This document shows positions 47,965 to 57,471 of a stretch of DNA of 64,000 nucleotides, piece by piece (the first letter of the stretch is position 1; every line of letters begins with the position of its first letter). Under the pieces are notes generated by a model, which did no database searches, was not told where the DNA came from, and saw only the letters and a list, made by a program, of their open reading frames with translations. Both the position numbers and the translations under genes were made by a program. This stretch comes from Peptococcaceae bacterium SCADC1_2_3 (GTDB taxonomy: Bacteria > Bacillota > Desulfotomaculia > Desulfotomaculales > Nap2-2B): assembly GCA_000681355.2 (NCBI GenBank), contig JJNX02000003.1, positions 12,917 to 76,916 of the forward strand, in the 5' to 3' direction.

Positions 47965-48501
47965 CTAAATTTTCTTTAATACCTGCTCGTAAGCAACATA
48001 AGTTTTATGATCAAAAAGGACAAAACAGACTTCTTTAAGTGCCCCGGGATTTTCATTTAAAAAATTTACCACGGTTTCAACTGCTACCTGGGCCGCTTCC
48101 TCCAAAGGATAACCGTAGGCTCCGGTGCTGATTGAAGGAAAAGAAATTGTTTTAATGTCCTTGACTCTCGCCAGCTTTAAACTTTCCTGGTAAGCACCGG
48201 CTAAAACAACTGCTTCATTCTTATGTCCTCCCTGCCAAATAGGACCTACCGTATGAATAACATACCTGGCCTTAAGATTTCCGCCTGTGGTAACAACCGC
48301 TTGCCCAGGAGGCAAAGGTCCTCTTTGGGCCCTGATGCGCTTGCACTCCTCTAAAATTGCCGGTCCGCCGGCCCGGTGAATGGCTCCGTCTACCCCACCT
48401 CCGCCCATTAAGCTGGAGTTAGCCGCATTTACAATTGCCTCTGTTTCTTGCTGGGTAATATCTCCTTGAATTAAAGAAAGTTCTGTGTCTTGAATTTTCA
48501 T
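47965..48501 (-). CDS. Macro domain protein (O-acetyl-ADP-ribose deacetylase, YmdB-like)
   Basis: GDITQQETEAIVNAANSSLMGGGGVDGAIHRAGG and SFPSISTGAYGYP. Confidence 0.85.
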   Translation of the reverse strand: MKIQDTELSLIQGDITQQETEAIVNAANSSLMGGGGVDGAIHRAGGPAILEECKRIRAQRGPLPPGQAVVTTGGNLKARYVIHTVGPIWQGGHKNEAVVLAGAYQESLKLARVKDIKTISFPSISTGAYGYPLEEAAQVAVETVVNFLNENPGALKEVCFVLFDHKTYVAYEQVLKKI

Positions 48502-48517
48502 TTTAGCTAACGCGCCT

Positions 48518-48556
48518 CCTTTAATTCTTTAATTCTTTAATTCTTTAATTCTAATC
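48518..48556. repeat. Octamer array TTAATTCT x4
   Basis: Spans the stop codon of the debranching enzyme gene and the RBS region of the macro-domain gene. Confidence 0.75.
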
Positions 48557-50523
48557 TTTTCCGGTTTAATTTCTAACACATCTTCCACGTAAGCCCTTAA
48601 AACTTCAGCCACCCCCCAAGCCTGAGCAATGCACCCCCGGGGAATAAGGGGTTCGTTGCCGTCAAAGATTTCTGAAATATAACCTATCCCGTGCTCCCTT
48701 AAATGCTCCTTAAAGGGCTGGATAAACCTGTACGCCTGGCGCTTGCTAAGAGGTGAATAATTATTGACTTTGCGAAAAGCGGTGATAAAAGGGCCTATCA
48801 GCCAACTCCAAACCGTTCCCTGGTGGTAGGCACTGTCGCGCTGCCTTTCGCTGCCTTTATACACCCCTTGATAAGCAGGGTCGTTAAAAGAAAGGCTTCG
48901 CAGGCCGTAGGCAGTGTAAAGCTCCGGCCATACTTTTTGAATTATGGATTGCCCTCTCTTTAAACCAAGCATTGAATAAGGCAAACTCAAGGCGATTACC
49001 TGGTTAGGCCGCATACTAACCTCCTTTCCTTCCTCGTTAACCACATCGTAAAGATAACCCCCTTCGGCAAACCAAAATTCACGGTTAAAGCTTTCCTTTA
49101 CTTTCTCCGGCAAACCAGGATAAGAAAACTCTTCTTCGTAAAGTTGGGCCAACTCTTTTAAAATATTTAAGGCGTTATACCATAAAGCATTTATTTCTAC
49201 CGCTTTACCGTGGCGGGGGGTAACAACCCAATCGCCAATTTTAGCGTCCATCCAGGTAAGCTGTATTTTCGGGGAGCCGGCGGCAATTAACCCGTCGGCC
49301 GCCATCTTAATATGATAACTGGTGCCCCGAATATAGTGGGCCGTAATTTCCTTCAGGACAGGATAAATTTCCTCCCGGATAAACTGATAATCCGCCGTAT
49401 ACTGTAAATATTTATAAACCGCTTGAAAAAACCATAAAGAAGCATCTACCGTATTATACCACGGTTCTTTTCCCGCGTCAGAAAAAACATTTGGTAATAA
49501 ACCATTTTTGCAATAACGGGTAAAAGTAGTTAAAATTTCTTTGGCCTCTGCAAACCGCTTCGTCACCAGGGTAAGGCCCGGAAGGGCAATCATGGCGTCC
49601 CGTCCCCAATCATTAAACCAGGGGTAACCGGCAATAATACTTTTCCCTCCGGCAGTCTGCCGGTGAACAATAAATGCATCGGCTGCCAACACCAATGAGG
49701 CGGCAAATTTATCCGTAAAACCAGCCTGACTTATTAATTGCTGATGCCGCTTATTTTCTAGCTGAAGCAAGGCCGATCCGTTAAGAGCATAAACTTCCTC
49801 CAGGGTGGCTAAAAAGGTAACTATTTTTTCTTCCCGGGCGGCTATCTTTACCAAAAACTGGCCCGGCAGGTAATGGTCCTCAACGGCGTTAAAGCCGCGC
49901 TCCTCTTCTTCCTGATAAAACATTTTTAAAAACCAGTCTTCTTTCTCTTGATACTCCCCGTCACTGCAAACCAAATGCAAAGCCGGTTTTTCAGGTGCCG
50001 TTTTAATTATTGTCCCGTAAGGTATTTTAGTTTGCTGAAAATATACCTGCCCCCGCCGGACAATCCCGTGAAAGTCACGACAGTTTACCAGCGGAAAAAG
50101 GCGCAAAAGAGCAGGTGTCGCCCCATTTTGAATGTGGTATATAATTACCGTGGTATTTTCCCCGTAAACCATAAATACCTTTTTATGGATGGTGATATCG
50201 GAAAAGTTAATAATAAAAGTGGGTAAAAAATCAAAAACAGCCGCTTGCAGGTGAACAAAACCAAACTCTGTTACACCCCAAACAGTCTGATTAGTGGCTA
50301 AATTATATGTTTGCCCCTCTGTCTCAAAGCGTTCGTCCAGTTTGGCTAAAAATAAATTTCTCTGCCCGGGAGGCTCGAGAGCGGCCACTAATAAGCCATG
50401 ATACTTCCGGGTATTGGCTCCTATTAAGGTAGAGGAAGCATAACTTCCTTGACCGTTAGTAACCAGCCACTCTTTTTCAATTCCGCGTTCAAAGCTTCGC
50501 CAGTCCCCTTTGCCAAAACGCAA
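48529..50523 (-). CDS. Glycogen debranching enzyme (amylo-alpha-1,6-glucosidase, archaeal/bacterial GDE type)
   Basis: 664 aa. N-terminal GDE_N-like domain (WLVTNGQGSYAS) and C-terminal (alpha/alpha)6 domain (GYPWFNDWGRD, AQAWGVAE). Confidence 0.8.
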   Translation of the reverse strand: MRFGKGDWRSFERGIEKEWLVTNGQGSYASSTLIGANTRKYHGLLVAALEPPGQRNLFLAKLDERFETEGQTYNLATNQTVWGVTEFGFVHLQAAVFDFLPTFIINFSDITIHKKVFMVYGENTTVIIYHIQNGATPALLRLFPLVNCRDFHGIVRRGQVYFQQTKIPYGTIIKTAPEKPALHLVCSDGEYQEKEDWFLKMFYQEEEERGFNAVEDHYLPGQFLVKIAAREEKIVTFLATLEEVYALNGSALLQLENKRHQQLISQAGFTDKFAASLVLAADAFIVHRQTAGGKSIIAGYPWFNDWGRDAMIALPGLTLVTKRFAEAKEILTTFTRYCKNGLLPNVFSDAGKEPWYNTVDASLWFFQAVYKYLQYTADYQFIREEIYPVLKEITAHYIRGTSYHIKMAADGLIAAGSPKIQLTWMDAKIGDWVVTPRHGKAVEINALWYNALNILKELAQLYEEEFSYPGLPEKVKESFNREFWFAEGGYLYDVVNEEGKEVSMRPNQVIALSLPYSMLGLKRGQSIIQKVWPELYTAYGLRSLSFNDPAYQGVYKGSERQRDSAYHQGTVWSWLIGPFITAFRKVNNYSPLSKRQAYRFIQPFKEHLREHGIGYISEIFDGNEPLIPRGCIAQAWGVAEVLRAYVEDVLEIKPEKIRIKELKN

Positions 50524-50545
50524 AACCTTTCCCCCTCAAAATATT

Positions 50546-50580
50546 CTAACCTCCAACTTCCCACTTCTCACTTCCCATTT
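50546..50580. repeat. Degenerate heptamer array (CNCACTT-type) forming the glk 3' end
   Basis: ctaacct ccaactt cccactt ctcactt cccattt. Encodes the GSEKWEVGG* tail on the minus strand. Confidence 0.65.
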
Positions 50581-51529
50581 GGCAGGCTAAGGCAATCGCC
50601 CCATACAGGCCTGAGCGGTCACCCAATCCCGCAGGTACAATACAAACCTGCTGCCAGGCAGCCTGCATGGCGCGGCGCGAGACTTCTTTTTCCATGGCCT
50701 CCCAATAGGGCAACCCCACTTTTAGAGCTCCTCCGCCCAATATTACCAAGGAGGGATTAAGCAAATTAATTACGTTGGCCAGGCCAATTCCTAAAGCAGT
50801 TCCTGCGGCCTTAAGAATAGAAAGAGCCTCTTTATTACCGGCCGCGGCAAGCTGGGCGATTAAATAAGTATTAATCTTTTGCGGCTCTCCCTTGGCCGCA
50901 TCCAAAAGAGTTTGTCCCCGGCCATTTTTTACTAAGTCCAGGGCTTTTTGGACCATGGCGCTTCCGGAAGCAAGCGTTTCTAAACAACCTTTGTTTCCGC
51001 AGTTACACGTCCGTCCTTCTGGCTCAATGGTTATATGCCCCAGTTCACCCGCCCCAAAACCAGCCCCGTGATACAATTGCCCATTTAAGATTAGCCCCCC
51101 GCCAATTCCCGTACCCACGGCGGCGTAAATTAAATTCCTGACTCCTACCCCCGCCCCTTTAAGGTGCTCCCCTATGGCGGCTAAATTAGCGTCGTTTTCT
51201 AAATACACGGGTAACTTTAAAGATTCTTCCAGTAGTTGTCTTAACGGCACTTTCCGCCAACCCAGGTTGGGAGCCTGGTAAATTACGCCCTCTTTTACGT
51301 CCAAAGGACCGGGAACCCCTATTCCGACCGCCCGAACCTGACCCTTTAAACCAGCTTGAGCTGTAAGGTGCTCCACCGTCCGTACAATGTTTCGCCGCAC
51401 TACGGTCACACCCAGGGCTGCTTCCGTAGGAACCTTTACTTCGGTTACGATTTCTCCCTTCAGGTTCGCCAAAGCCGTATAAATCTTGGTCCCACCTAAG
51501 TCTATGCCGACTACTAAATTTTTAGTCAT
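50546..51529 (-). CDS. glk: ROK family glucokinase
   Basis: GIDLGGTKI, ENDANLAAIGE and CNCGNKGCLE zinc motif. Confidence 0.85.
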   Translation of the reverse strand: MTKNLVVGIDLGGTKIYTALANLKGEIVTEVKVPTEAALGVTVVRRNIVRTVEHLTAQAGLKGQVRAVGIGVPGPLDVKEGVIYQAPNLGWRKVPLRQLLEESLKLPVYLENDANLAAIGEHLKGAGVGVRNLIYAAVGTGIGGGLILNGQLYHGAGFGAGELGHITIEPEGRTCNCGNKGCLETLASGSAMVQKALDLVKNGRGQTLLDAAKGEPQKINTYLIAQLAAAGNKEALSILKAAGTALGIGLANVINLLNPSLVILGGGALKVGLPYWEAMEKEVSRRAMQAAWQQVCIVPAGLGDRSGLYGAIALACQMGSEKWEVGG

Positions 51530-53472
51530 TCTTTATTTCCCATTTCTCTTATTACATTTTCGGCCACCGCCCGATTCATTCCCGGCAAGGACGCCAGTTC
51601 TTCTACGTTAACGTGGCTTGAAGCGACCAAGGAAGAAAAATATTTTAACAGCACTTTTCGCCGCACCGCCCCAACCCCTTCAATTTCGTCTAAAAGGGAA
51701 CGCAGGCTGTTTTTGTTATGCAATTGCCGGTGGTAAGAAATAGCAAAACGGTGGGCCTCGTCACGCAAACGTAAAAGGAAGTAAAAAGCAGGGGAATTAC
51801 GGGGCAGTTCAAGCGGTTCCTGCCGGCCGGCCGCGTAAAGAAGCTCTTCTTTTTTGGCTAAAGCAAAAACAGGAAGATCGGCTAGACCACACTCCTGCGC
51901 CGCTTGTTTCGCGGCCGTCAACTGCCCTTTTCCTCCGTCTATAATAATTAGGTCGGGTAAACGGGCATAAGCGGCTTGTTTATTGTCATCAGGCTTTTCG
52001 AGGTTCGAGGTTCGAGGTTCGAGGTTCGAGGTTCGATTCGAACTTCTAACTTCTAATTTCGAACTTCGAGAAGCCTCCTGGGCCCTTCTTAAACGGCGTT
52101 TTACCACTTCTCGCAGGCAGGCATAATCATCCGCCCCGGTTACCGTTTTAATCCGGAAACGGCGGTATAAATCAGGCCTGGGGCGCCCTTCCTCGAAAAC
52201 TACCATTGAAGCTACCGCATCATGACCTTGAATATTAGAAACATCAAAACATTCAACCCGCACCGGCACTTTAGCCAGACCCAATAAACGGACAAGCTCA
52301 CCGCCTATCTCCAGCAACTTATCTTTTTCTAACCCGGCTTTTGCACCCGCATTTTCTTCCAGCGCTAATAGGGCATTTTCGCCGGCCAGGGCAACTAATT
52401 TTTTCTTTTCACCCCGTTTGGGCACTTGCAGGGAAACGGCCTGCCCTTTTAATTGAGAAAGCCAGGCCGTAATCCCGGGTAATTCCTCTTTTTCGGCCGC
52501 CGAAAGCAAAATTATGCCGGGAATAAAGCTGGCCTGGTGATAATACTGTTTTAATACGGCGGTAACAATTTCGGCTTCACCCGTGCCGGCCGTATTTTTA
52601 AGGAAGAAATGCTCCCGGCCTATAAGCCTTCCTGCCCGAATAAAAAACATGGTTACGCAAGCCTGCTCTCCGGCTGCGGCCAAGGCAATTATGTCCTGGT
52701 CTTTGGGAGAGAAAGAGGCAACTTTTTGTTTTGTCGTAACCCGTTGGATAGCCTGAAGCTTTTCGCGCAAAACCGCTGCTTTTTCAAATTCTAGCTTGGT
52801 GGCCGCGGTTTCCATTTGCTTTTTTAAAGCTCGCCGCAAATCTTCCTGGCGGCCCTCCAAAAATAAGCATATTTCTTTAATTAACCCCTGGTAGTCTTCC
52901 CGGCTGATTTTACCGCAGCACGGAGCAGAGCAGCGCTTAATATGATAATTTAAGCAGGGACGGATATTAATGTCTGGCCCCTTTTTTACCGCGGCGAAAG
53001 AATTAATTTTCTTTTGACAGGTACGAAAGGGAAATAAACGACGCAGCAAACTTAATGTTTCCCGAACCGCCACTACCTGGGTGTATGGACCAAAATAACG
53101 TGCGCCGTCGGCTGCCGGACGACGGGTTATAAATACCCGCGGGAAATCTTCCGGAGTGGTTATTTTTAAGTAAGGATAGCTTTTATCGTCTTTAAGGTTA
53201 ACGTTGTACCGCGGGCGGTGTTTTTTAATCAGGTTACCTTCTAAAATCAAGGCTTCAACCTCATTATCGGTAACAATATACTCCAAGTCAGCCACCCGCT
53301 CTACGAGGTACTTTGCCTTAGGTAGAGCTAGGTTATCCTTTTGAAAGTATGAGCGGACCCGTTTCTTTAAAGACACGGCCTTACCCACGTAAATAATTTC
53401 TCCTGCCGCCTCACGAAAGATATACACGCCAGGTCTATCCGGTAATAATTTTAGCTTTTCCGTTAAAGTCAT
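51526..53472 (-). CDS. uvrC: Excinuclease ABC subunit C with an internal repeat-encoded insertion
   Basis: GIY-YIG N-terminus (PGVYIFR...IYVGKA), UVR domain, endonuclease domain (DVSNIQG, PDLIIIDGGKGQL), C-terminal HhH. Confidence 0.9.
   Translation of the reverse strand: MTLTEKLKLLPDRPGVYIFREAAGEIIYVGKAVSLKKRVRSYFQKDNLALPKAKYLVERVADLEYIVTDNEVEALILEGNLIKKHRPRYNVNLKDDKSYPYLKITTPEDFPRVFITRRPAADGARYFGPYTQVVAVRETLSLLRRLFPFRTCQKKINSFAAVKKGPDINIRPCLNYHIKRCSAPCCGKISREDYQGLIKEICLFLEGRQEDLRRALKKQMETAATKLEFEKAAVLREKLQAIQRVTTKQKVASFSPKDQDIIALAAAGEQACVTMFFIRAGRLIGREHFFLKNTAGTGEAEIVTAVLKQYYHQASFIPGIILLSAAEKEELPGITAWLSQLKGQAVSLQVPKRGEKKKLVALAGENALLALEENAGAKAGLEKDKLLEIGGELVRLLGLAKVPVRVECFDVSNIQGHDAVASMVVFEEGRPRPDLYRRFRIKTVTGADDYACLREVVKRRLRRAQEASRSSKLEVRSSNRTSNLEPRTSNLEKPDDNKQAAYARLPDLIIIDGGKGQLTAAKQAAQECGLADLPVFALAKKEELLYAAGRQEPLELPRNSPAFYFLLRLRDEAHRFAISYHRQLHNKNSLRSLLDEIEGVGAVRRKVLLKYFSSLVASSHVNVEELASLPGMNRAVAENVIREMGNKE
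51997..52070. repeat. Heptamer array TTCGAGG x5 plus partially complementary arm, inside uvrC
   Basis: ttcgagg x5, then ttcgattcgaa, then cttctaa cttctaa tttcgaa cttcgag. Encodes ...SSKLEVRSSNRTSNLEPRTSNLE... Confidence 0.85.
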
Positions 53473-53491
53473 TCTCTCACCACGTTTAAAT

Positions 53492-53570
53492 AGGATTTAG
53501 GATTTAGGATTTAGCTAGCCCCTACGTTTTCGTTTCCCCTACATCCTAACCCCTACATCCTAGCCCCTAC
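53492..53570. repeat. Heptamer arrays (AGGATTT x3; CCCCTAC/ATCCTAN alternating) between uvrC and uvrA
   Basis: taggatttaggatttaggatttag...cccctacatcctaacccctacatcctagcccctac. The last units encode the uvrA C-terminal residues and stop. Confidence 0.8.
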
Positions 53571-56135
53571 TGTTTTTAGCCTGCCGTTCAATATCCGGCT
53601 CAAATACTGGCCGGTGTACGAGTTGGGCGCTTTAATCACTTCTTCCGGGGTTCCGGTCGCGATTATTTCGCCCCCGCGGTCTCCACCCTCCGGCCCAAGG
53701 TCAATTATATAATCAGCTGTTTTTATTACGTCCAGATTATGCTCAATAACGACCACGGTGTTTCCGGACGATACCAAGCGGTGAAGCACCTGAAGCAGTT
53801 GGTTGACGTCCGCGGCGTGCAGGCCGGTAGTTGGTTCATCCAAGATATAAACAGTCTGGCCGCCTGCCCTCCGCGCCAGTTCTGTAGCCAGCTTAACCCG
53901 CTGGGCTTCACCGCCTGAAAGTTCTGGGGCCGGTTGACCCAACCGGATATAACCTAAACCTACATCGTGAATTGTCTTCAGTCGCCGGTATATCTTAGGA
54001 ATGGGCTGAAAAAATTCCAGGGCCTGGTCTACCGTCAAATCCAACACCTCAGCAATATTTTTCCCTTTGTATTTTACCTCCAGCGTTTCCCGGTTATAGC
54101 GCCGCCCTTTACAAATTTCACAGGGTACGTAAACAGCCGGCAAAAAATGCATTTCAATCTTTATAATACCGTCCCCGTAACAGGCCTCACAACGGCCTCC
54201 TTTGACGTTAAAACTAAACCGTCCGGCTTTATAGCCCCGCAGCCTGGCTTCGGGAAGTTGGGCAAATAACTCCCGAATGTCATCAAATACCCCGGTATAA
54301 GTACCTGGATTAGAACGCGGGGTACGCCCAATGGGAGACTGGTCAATGTTAATTACTTTATCCACGTTTTCGACGCCCTTAACTTCCTGGCAGGCCGAAG
54401 GTGGTTCTTTTGAGTTGTATAATTCGGAAACCATACTCTTATATAAAACCTCATTTACCAGGGTGCTTTTGCCTGAACCGGAAACACCCGTAACACAAAT
54501 AAACACCCCCAAGGGAAAACTTACGTCAATATTCTTTAAATTATACACGCGGGCCCCTTTTATGGTTAAAACCTTATTTTTGTCCTGCCTATGCCGGACA
54601 GCCGGCACAGGAATATACTTTTTTCCGCTTAAGTATTGGCCGGTAAGGGAAGCAGGGGTACGGACAATATCCTGCAGCGTCCCCTGGGCCACTACTTCGC
54701 CGCCGTTTACCCCGGCACCGGGGCCAATATCAACAATATAATCAGCCGTCCGCATGGTTTCTTCATCGTGTTCCACCACTATCACCGTATTGCCAAGGTC
54801 CCGCAGGTGGCTTAGGGTAGCCAGCAAACGCTGGTTATCACGAGGGTGCAAGCCAATACTGGGTTCATCAAGGATGTAGAGCACCCCGGTTAAGCCGCTG
54901 CCAATTTGGGTGGCTAAACGAATCCGCTGGGCCTCACCCCCGGCAAGCGTACCGGCTTTGCGGTCGAGGGTAAGGTAATCAAGGCCTACGTCAACTAAAA
55001 AATTTAAGCGGGCGATAATTTCTTTTAATATTTGGCGGGCAATTAACTGTTCCCGAGGGGTTAAGGTCAAGTTTTGAAAGAAATTTAACGCCTCGCCAAT
55101 TGAAAAACGGGTTACTTCAACAATGGAAAGCTCCCCTATTTTTATGGCCAAGGCTTCAGGGCGCAAGCGCGCACCCTGGCAGGCCGGGCACAATAAGACA
55201 AGGGGACGGTTCTCTTGTCTTTCTTCATTATCTTTCTTCGGGGAAAGATAAAAGAACCGTCCCCTTGTCTTATTCACTTCTTTAATCACCCCCAAACCCG
55301 TACAGGTTGGGCAAGCCCCAAGGGGGCTGTTAAAAGAAAACAGGCGCGGGGAAATTTCCGGAAGGCTAAAGCCACACATACTGCAGGCAAAATTCTCGTT
55401 AAAAAAAATTTCCCTTTTTTCATCCAACACGGCCAGGGCAAGGCCGGCCGCATTTTTTAAGGTTGTTTCGAGTGAGTCGGCCAACCGCTGGGCTATTCCC
55501 GGCCGGATAATCAGCCGGTCCACCACAATTTCAACGGTATTTCTTTTATTTTTATCCAGTTTACCTACTTCATTAATTTCGTACATTTTTTTATTTATCC
55601 TTACCCGGGAAAAACCGCTCCGCCGGATTTCCTCCAGTACTTTTTGCTGCTCTCCCTTTTTTTCCCTTACTACGGGTGCTAAAATTTGCAGGCGGGTATC
55701 CTCCGGAAGGACCAATAACTGGTCTACCATCTGTTCTACGGTTTGACGGGCAATGGGCTGGTTGCACCGGGGGCAGTATGGCCTTCCCACGCGGGCAAAA
55801 AGCAGCCTTAAATAATCGTAAATTTCCGTTACCGTACCCACCGTTGAACGCGGGTTATGACCGGTTGTTTTCTGGTTAATGGAAATAGCCGGGGAAAGGC
55901 CTTCGATACTGTCCACATCTGGTTTATCCATTTGACCTAAAAACTGCCGCGCGTAAGCAGACAAAGACTCCACGTAACGGCGCTGCCCCTCGGCATAAAT
56001 GGTGTCAAAGGCAAGGGACGATTTGCCGGAACCGGAAAGACCGGTTAAAACTACTAATTTATTCCGGGGTATTTCGACCGTAATATTTTTTAAGTTATGC
56101 ACCCGGGCACCTTTAACGATAATCTTGTCCAGCAC
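53553..56135 (-). CDS. uvrA: Excinuclease ABC subunit A lacking the insertion domain
   Basis: 860 aa. Both ABC modules ([31 protein letters not shown] x2), the UvrB-binding region and zinc modules are present. The segment between CTGLG and CPACQGARL is only 33 aa. Confidence 0.9.
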   Translation of the reverse strand: MLDKIIVKGARVHNLKNITVEIPRNKLVVLTGLSGSGKSSLAFDTIYAEGQRRYVESLSAYARQFLGQMDKPDVDSIEGLSPAISINQKTTGHNPRSTVGTVTEIYDYLRLLFARVGRPYCPRCNQPIARQTVEQMVDQLLVLPEDTRLQILAPVVREKKGEQQKVLEEIRRSGFSRVRINKKMYEINEVGKLDKNKRNTVEIVVDRLIIRPGIAQRLADSLETTLKNAAGLALAVLDEKREIFFNENFACSMCGFSLPEISPRLFSFNSPLGACPTCTGLGVIKEVNKTRGRFFYLSPKKDNEERQENRPLVLLCPACQGARLRPEALAIKIGELSIVEVTRFSIGEALNFFQNLTLTPREQLIARQILKEIIARLNFLVDVGLDYLTLDRKAGTLAGGEAQRIRLATQIGSGLTGVLYILDEPSIGLHPRDNQRLLATLSHLRDLGNTVIVVEHDEETMRTADYIVDIGPGAGVNGGEVVAQGTLQDIVRTPASLTGQYLSGKKYIPVPAVRHRQDKNKVLTIKGARVYNLKNIDVSFPLGVFICVTGVSGSGKSTLVNEVLYKSMVSELYNSKEPPSACQEVKGVENVDKVINIDQSPIGRTPRSNPGTYTGVFDDIRELFAQLPEARLRGYKAGRFSFNVKGGRCEACYGDGIIKIEMHFLPAVYVPCEICKGRRYNRETLEVKYKGKNIAEVLDLTVDQALEFFQPIPKIYRRLKTIHDVGLGYIRLGQPAPELSGGEAQRVKLATELARRAGGQTVYILDEPTTGLHAADVNQLLQVLHRLVSSGNTVVVIEHNLDVIKTADYIIDLGPEGGDRGGEIIATGTPEEVIKAPNSYTGQYLSRILNGRLKTVGARM
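55192..55274. repeat. 83-bp palindromic element inside uvrA (perfect 22-nt arms)
   Basis: aataagacaaggggacggttct (55192-55213) is the exact reverse complement of agaaccgtccccttgtcttatt (55253-55274). An inner 8-bp palindrome tatctttc/gaaagata is also present. Confidence 0.9.
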
Positions 56136-56166
56136 CTAAAAAAACTCTCCCCCTGTACCTGTCTGA

Positions 56167-57414
56167 TTACTTTTTCGTACTTTCCTTGGTTTCAATACTT
56201 TTTACTTCCCCAGGAATCTGCACCTCCACGGTTTTTCCTTCCTGGGTGGTGATGCGTAAGGTCGTTTTTGGTTTTAAGTCTCCTTCTTCTTTATCCGGTG
56301 AAGAACTTATTTGTTCTTCACCTTCTTTAACCGGCGCTTTTTGGCTTCCTTTTTCGCTTTCCTTAGCTCCTTTCTTAAGCTCCTTACCCCAGCGTTCCTC
56401 TAACAAATAAAGGTTTTCCCGGTTAATTAAGCGCACGGGGGTAATTTGAGCCGGGATATTATAGTTTCCGTTCACCACCTGAGTGGCGTACTGCCAGTGG
56501 CCTGTTTTGGCCAAGCTCTGGGCCGCGTCAAAAACACATTGCGCCATGAGTTCGGGCATTAAATCCACTTCCGCTTCGTGTTCCCCCTTAAGTATGGCCT
56601 GGCTCGTCTTAAGACTTGCCCCTACCCCGGCCGTCAGCACCTGGCCGGCTAATCCTCTGGTTTTAACAACCGCAACGGCGGCCTCGGTCAAGCGGCTGTC
56701 CGTAGCTAAAATAACGTCAGTTTGATTTATTTTTGGTTCAAGCCTTTGCTGAACTTTTTGGCTGTCCTGACCCATGTCCGCTGCCGTAAATTCTTCATCC
56801 GCCACCAACCGTACTTTAGAATTACCCTGCAGGGAAGTATATAAAGCGCCGGCTATTTCGGCCGCAGGCCTATCCTCAGCGGGGCCTTTTAAAATTAGCA
56901 CATTAAGGGGACGCCGGGCTGGCAACTGGTCCTGGGGTAAAGTCGTTAAAGCTTCGTCAACAAACCGCCCCAGCAACTGCCCAGCCCGGGCATGATCAAA
57001 GGTAATGCAGGCATCTACCGGGGCATTAACGGGCAGGTTATTTAAAACCACCAACATTATTTTTTTTTGCTTTAATTTTTGGACCAAAGGTAAGCATTTT
57101 TCAGCCTCTACCGGCTGCCAGATTATTACCTTTACGCGCCGCTTTATTAATTCCGCAATCTGCGTTTCCTGCTGCTTAAAGTCATTTCGCGCGTCCAGCC
57201 AGATTATCTCTACCTGTTCCTTATCCTTTCTTTCATCCAGCACTTTTTTAATTACTTGATTTCCGTCCCCGCGCATATCGGCCAGACAAACGCCCATTTT
57301 AACGGCAGGGGACAACGGCTTTTGTTCCTCCTTATCCGAACAGCCAACTATAAGACAAAGACACACTACCAGACCTGACAGGAATATAACTAATCTCCGG
57401 GTCAAAATATTCAC
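56167..57414 (-). CDS. Lipoprotein with a periplasmic sugar-binding (PBP type I) domain and an acidic/lysine-rich C-terminal extension
   Basis: Lipobox LIVGC after a signal peptide. RbsB/LacI-like fold impression. No adjacent ABC permease or ATPase. Confidence 0.55.
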   Translation of the reverse strand: MNILTRRLVIFLSGLVVCLCLIVGCSDKEEQKPLSPAVKMGVCLADMRGDGNQVIKKVLDERKDKEQVEIIWLDARNDFKQQETQIAELIKRRVKVIIWQPVEAEKCLPLVQKLKQKKIMLVVLNNLPVNAPVDACITFDHARAGQLLGRFVDEALTTLPQDQLPARRPLNVLILKGPAEDRPAAEIAGALYTSLQGNSKVRLVADEEFTAADMGQDSQKVQQRLEPKINQTDVILATDSRLTEAAVAVVKTRGLAGQVLTAGVGASLKTSQAILKGEHEAEVDLMPELMAQCVFDAAQSLAKTGHWQYATQVVNGNYNIPAQITPVRLINRENLYLLEERWGKELKKGAKESEKGSQKAPVKEGEEQISSSPDKEEGDLKPKTTLRITTQEGKTVEVQIPGEVKSIETKESTKK

Positions 57415-57471
57415 CCCACGTCTTCTTTCTTGCTGCTTATTATGTGAATTTTTCCGGATAAATATAAAAAA

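Noticed and set aside
51997-53575. Short tandem repeats considered as a CRISPR array, and ggttcgaggttcga considered as a tRNA T-arm
   Set aside because: The period is 7-8 nt with no spacers, so this is not a CRISPR array. No cloverleaf context, acceptor stem or anticodon arm could be built around the GGTTCGA-like strings.
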